A stretch of 19,075 bases of DNA from an uncultured bacterium (GTDB lineage Bacteria; Acidobacteriota; Thermoanaerobaculia; Multivoradales; JAHZIX01), in the NCBI GenBank assembly GCA_965368975.1, contig CBDUPA010000043.1:1-19075 (forward strand), given 5' to 3'. Position 1 is the stretch's first letter. Each line of letters opens with the position of its first letter. The translations under genes were made by a program, and so were the position numbers. Shown here piece after piece: positions 16,370-19,075 of the stretch. Below the pieces are notes generated by a model. That model ran no database searches. It was not told the origin of the DNA and saw only the letters and a list, made by a program, of their open reading frames with translations.

Positions 16370-17916
16370 ACCCAGTGGCACCCGCGCCGTCCAGGTCCGA
16401 TCGCGGGTGGCTGCTGGCGGCCGCCCTGGTCACGCTGGTCTTCTATCTCGTCACCGCCCGCGGCTTCGGCATCTTCCGCGACGAGTTCTACTACCTCGCT
16501 TGCGGTCGTCACCTGGCCTTCGGCTACGTTGACCACCCGCCCCTGATTGCACTGCTCACACGCCTGTTCACGGCGGTGTTCGGTGATTCCGTCGTGGCGC
16601 TCCGGGTCCTACCGTCGCTGGCCGCTGCCGGTACCGTCTGGCTGGCCGGAGACCTGGCTCGCCGCTTCGGTGGTGGTCGCTTCGCCCAACTGCTGACCGC
16701 GCTCGCCGTCCTGGTTGCTCCCATCCTGCTGTCGCTGTTCACCATCCTGTCCATGAACAGCGTCGACATCCTGCTCTGGACCGCCGCCTTCTGGCTGGCG
16801 GCCGACCTCTTGCAGCAAGGTCCGTCCAAGGCGTGGCTGCTCTTCGGCGTCGTGGCCGGTCTCGGCCTGCACAACAAGCTCAGCTTTCTCTTCCTCGGCT
16901 TTGGCCTGGTCGTGGGCTTGCTGCTGGCGCGCGAGTGGCGGCACCTGCGCAGTCCGTACCTCTACGTCGGCGGCGCGCTGGCCGGTCTGATCTTCCTACC
17001 ACATGTGCTGTGGCAGCAGGCCAATGGCTGGCCGACCCTCGAGTTCATCCGCAACGCCACCGAGACCAAGAACGTGGCCCTGGCGCCGCTCGACTTCCTC
17101 GGTACGCAACTGCTTTTCGTTGGTCCTCTCGCCTGCTGGTTGTGGCTCGCCGGTCTCGGCTGGTTACTGGTCAGCAAAGCGGCCCGTCCGTGGCGCGCCC
17201 TGGGCTGGACCTACCCGGTGATCCTGCTGGTGATGCTGCTGCAGAACGCCAAGCCGTACTACCTGGCCCCCGCCTACCCACTGCTGTTCGCTGCCGGTGC
17301 CGTTATCGTCGAGCGTTGGACTCGCCGGGGCGCTGATGTTCCCGGCTGGCGCCCGTGGCTGCGCGTCGCTGCGGTTCTGCTGGTGCTGAGCAACGCCATG
17401 GCGGCACCCACCGCCAAGCCTCTTCTGTCTGTCGAGCAGACCATCGCCCACGCGCGCATGCTGGGTCAGGAGCCCGGAACGGACGAGCGCAAAGAAGTCG
17501 GTGCGCTGTCGCAGTACTTCGCCGACATGCACGGCTGGCCGGCCATGGCGCGGACCGTCTCGCGTGCCTACCAGCAACTCAGTCCGCAAGATCAGGAGCG
17601 CGCCTGCTTCTTCGGCAACAACTACGGGCAGGCTGGTGCCGTCGAGTACTACGCTGGGAAGATACCCCTACCGCCCGCGATCTCCAGCCACAACAACTAC
17701 TTCCTCTGGGGCCCGCGCGACTGCACGGCCGATCCGTTGCTGCTCTTCAGTCGTGACGCGAGGCGCCTACGTGAGCTGTTCGAGCACGTCGAGCAGGTCG
17801 AGTTCTTCGATTGCGCCTACTGCATGCCGTACGAAGACGAGCAGCCGCTGTGGCTGGTGCGCGGGCCGAAGCAGCCGATTGGAGTGGTGTGGCCGGAGTT
17901 GAAGAACTACAGCTAG
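16357..17916 (+). CDS. ArnT/PMT-type (GT83/GT39-like) GT-C glycosyltransferase (519 aa)
   Basis: Motifs FRDEFYY...HLAFGYVDHPPL, GLHNK, AKPYYLAPAYP, NYGQAGA and HNNYFLWGP, with many TM segments. 13-bp overlap with the upstream gene. Confidence 0.88.
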   Translation: MAPVDPVAPAPSRSDRGWLLAAALVTLVFYLVTARGFGIFRDEFYYLACGRHLAFGYVDHPPLIALLTRLFTAVFGDSVVALRVLPSLAAAGTVWLAGDLARRFGGGRFAQLLTALAVLVAPILLSLFTILSMNSVDILLWTAAFWLAADLLQQGPSKAWLLFGVVAGLGLHNKLSFLFLGFGLVVGLLLAREWRHLRSPYLYVGGALAGLIFLPHVLWQQANGWPTLEFIRNATETKNVALAPLDFLGTQLLFVGPLACWLWLAGLGWLLVSKAARPWRALGWTYPVILLVMLLQNAKPYYLAPAYPLLFAAGAVIVERWTRRGADVPGWRPWLRVAAVLLVLSNAMAAPTAKPLLSVEQTIAHARMLGQEPGTDERKEVGALSQYFADMHGWPAMARTVSRAYQQLSPQDQERACFFGNNYGQAGAVEYYAGKIPLPPAISSHNNYFLWGPRDCTADPLLLFSRDARRLRELFEHVEQVEFFDCAYCMPYEDEQPLWLVRGPKQPIGVVWPELKNYS

Positions 17917-17930
17917 TCATTGTCCAGGGC

Positions 17931-17984
17931 GTAGAAGTTTGGTCGTGTCCTGACATGTAGAAGTTTGGTCGTGTCCTGACATGT
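17931..17984. repeat. 26-bp perfect tandem duplication, intergenic
   Basis: GTAGAAGTTTGGTCGTGTCCTGACAT at 17931 and 17957, followed by GT. Confidence 0.95.
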
Positions 17985-18072
17985 TGGTGAGTTGGGGGCG
18001 GAGTGAGGCGAGGGTGGAGGAGCAAAGGAGGGCCATGCAGGCCGTGGCTATCGGCGCGAGACATACTCTCCG

Positions 18073-18651
18073 TCACAAGACCACATCGGCATGGGCCTTT
18101 AGCTCCCTGCGTACCGAGTGCCCCAGCGCTTGCAGGTAGACACGTAGCCCTTCTTTGCGCGCCAGCTTCATGGCAGGCACGAAGTCCGAGTCGCCAGTGA
18201 CTAGCACGAGAACGTCTACGATCCGCTTAATTGCGATAGTCGCAATGTCTAAGCCAATGCGCATGTCGACGCCCTTTTGGTTGATATCGGGGACAAGGTC
18301 CTTGGGCCCCAGGCTTGTTGACCCGCCCTTTGCCATGCGGCGCAGAGTGCTACTCCCGAGCTTCCACCCCGTCCGCAACAGAACCCCTCTCCGCACCGCG
18401 AAGTCGGGTTGCAACTCCAGCGAATCCAGCAGTGCCGTGTTCTGAGATGCCTGCGGGGTCTTAGAGAAGTCGGTGATTTCACCAGTGATTGGGTGTTTCG
18501 CTGTCCCCTCGAACGGCGGGCAGTCGTAGTAATAGATTCTCAGCAGACGTGTACCCGCAAGGCGGCAGTCGTCCCTAATGTCGGCGCAAAAGCTGACGAT
18601 GTCGTCGGTGGTCGGGAAGCGCCCGTGCCGGCCGTGTAGCTTCTTCTTCAC
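18073..18651 (-). CDS. NYN-domain (LabA/DUF88, PIN-like) nuclease; 5' end anomalous, possibly frameshifted
   Basis: Motifs RIYYYDCPP, QKGVDMRIGLD and LVTGDSDFVPAMKLARKEG. The first acidic motif (ISLDGGF, 18672-18652) is in frame upstream of the GTG but is directly preceded by TAA (18675-18673). Confidence 0.88.
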   Translation of the reverse strand: MKKKLHGRHGRFPTTDDIVSFCADIRDDCRLAGTRLLRIYYYDCPPFEGTAKHPITGEITDFSKTPQASQNTALLDSLELQPDFAVRRGVLLRTGWKLGSSTLRRMAKGGSTSLGPKDLVPDINQKGVDMRIGLDIATIAIKRIVDVLVLVTGDSDFVPAMKLARKEGLRVYLQALGHSVRRELKAHADVVL

Positions 18652-18710
18652 GAAGCCACCATCCAGGCTAATTTATCCGGCATAAGAATTATCTTGCAGG
18701 CATAAATAAA

Positions 18711-18830
18711 GTCTCCCCCTCACGCGAGGCTTGCGCCTTCTTGGATCATGGGCGTAAAGGAGAGACGGTCTCAAGTCGGGGGGCAGCAAGATCAGCCGTG
18801 ATCACAGCTGATCTGGATTCACCGCTCCCG
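18711..18830 (-). ncRNA. Putative structured non-coding RNA or 5' leader upstream of the NYN gene
   Basis: Two stem-loop domains, 18777-18830 and 18711-18766. Most imperfect pairs are G-U on the minus strand. The segment starts just after a sigma70-like promoter. Confidence 0.5.
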
Positions 18831-18836
18831 TCATTC

Positions 18837-18865
18837 AATCTAAATGGAGCATGGAGCGCTGTCAA
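18837..18865 (-). promoter_or_regulatory. Sigma70-type promoter directed at the structured segment and the NYN gene
   Basis: Minus strand TTGACA-N17-TAGATT. Confidence 0.7.
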
Positions 18866-18893
18866 GTCCGGTCGTGCCCTAATGTGCTGTTGG

Positions 18894-19010
18894 AAGGGGA
18901 GCCATCACATCTTTCGCCATCCGGATGTACGCGAACGGATCAATCTTCAGCGCTCGGGTAACAAAGCCAAGCCATACCAGGTGCGTCAAGTGCGGTCAAA
19001 CCTTCCATGA
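18894..19010 (+). pseudogene. hicA: HicA-family toxin remnant (C-terminal half)
   Basis: KGSHHIFRHPDVRERINLQRSGNKAKPYQVRQVR is typical of HicA. The upstream in-frame sequence does not resemble the HicA N-terminus and overlaps the NYN promoter and hairpins. Confidence 0.65.
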
Positions 19011-19075
19011 TACTATTTCCGAGCTATGGTCGGAAGTTGTGTATGAGCCCAGAAATGAAGGTGGCGTATCCTGAA

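Noticed and set aside
17931-17984. CRISPR mini-array
   Set aside because: The two 26-bp copies are directly adjacent with no spacer, and there are no cas genes.
18670-18830. Integron attC site, tRNA or IS end explaining the palindromes
   Set aside because: I found no RYYYAAC/GTTRRRY core pair, no cloverleaf or T-loop signature, and no integrase or transposase in the window.
19043-19075. Possible hicB start (MSPEMKVAYPE...)
   Set aside because: Only 11 codons are visible and they are not diagnostic.

Overview
GC-rich bacterial window. The pilin family and gene content suggest Acidobacteriota, but that is inference. Left half, minus strand: two tandem modules, each an exported M20 metallohydrolase, a sigma54-type promoter and a GspG-like type IV pilin. 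These are followed by a YfhO-type GT-C membrane protein that overlaps the second pilin's stop codon, and by a FAN1/VRR-NUC-like nuclease that runs off the left edge and is missing from the ORF track. An AftB-like GT-C glycosyltransferase lies divergently. Right half: a fatty-acid desaturase divergent from an operon of histidine kinase, OmpR-family regulator, SGNH hydrolase, DUF4388/degenerate-J/TPR protein and an ArnT/PMT-type GT-C. Six GTCA boxes at about 10-bp phasing lie between them. The right end is a lower-GC accessory patch: a NYN (LabA/DUF88) nuclease gene with no clean in-frame start, an upstream structured non-coding segment behind a sigma70-like promoter, and a hicA remnant. Best leads: the duplicated M20-pilin modules with three GT-C enzymes, the NYN plus structured RNA unit, and the desaturase/two-component switch. 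All family calls come from motifs read by eye, not database searches.
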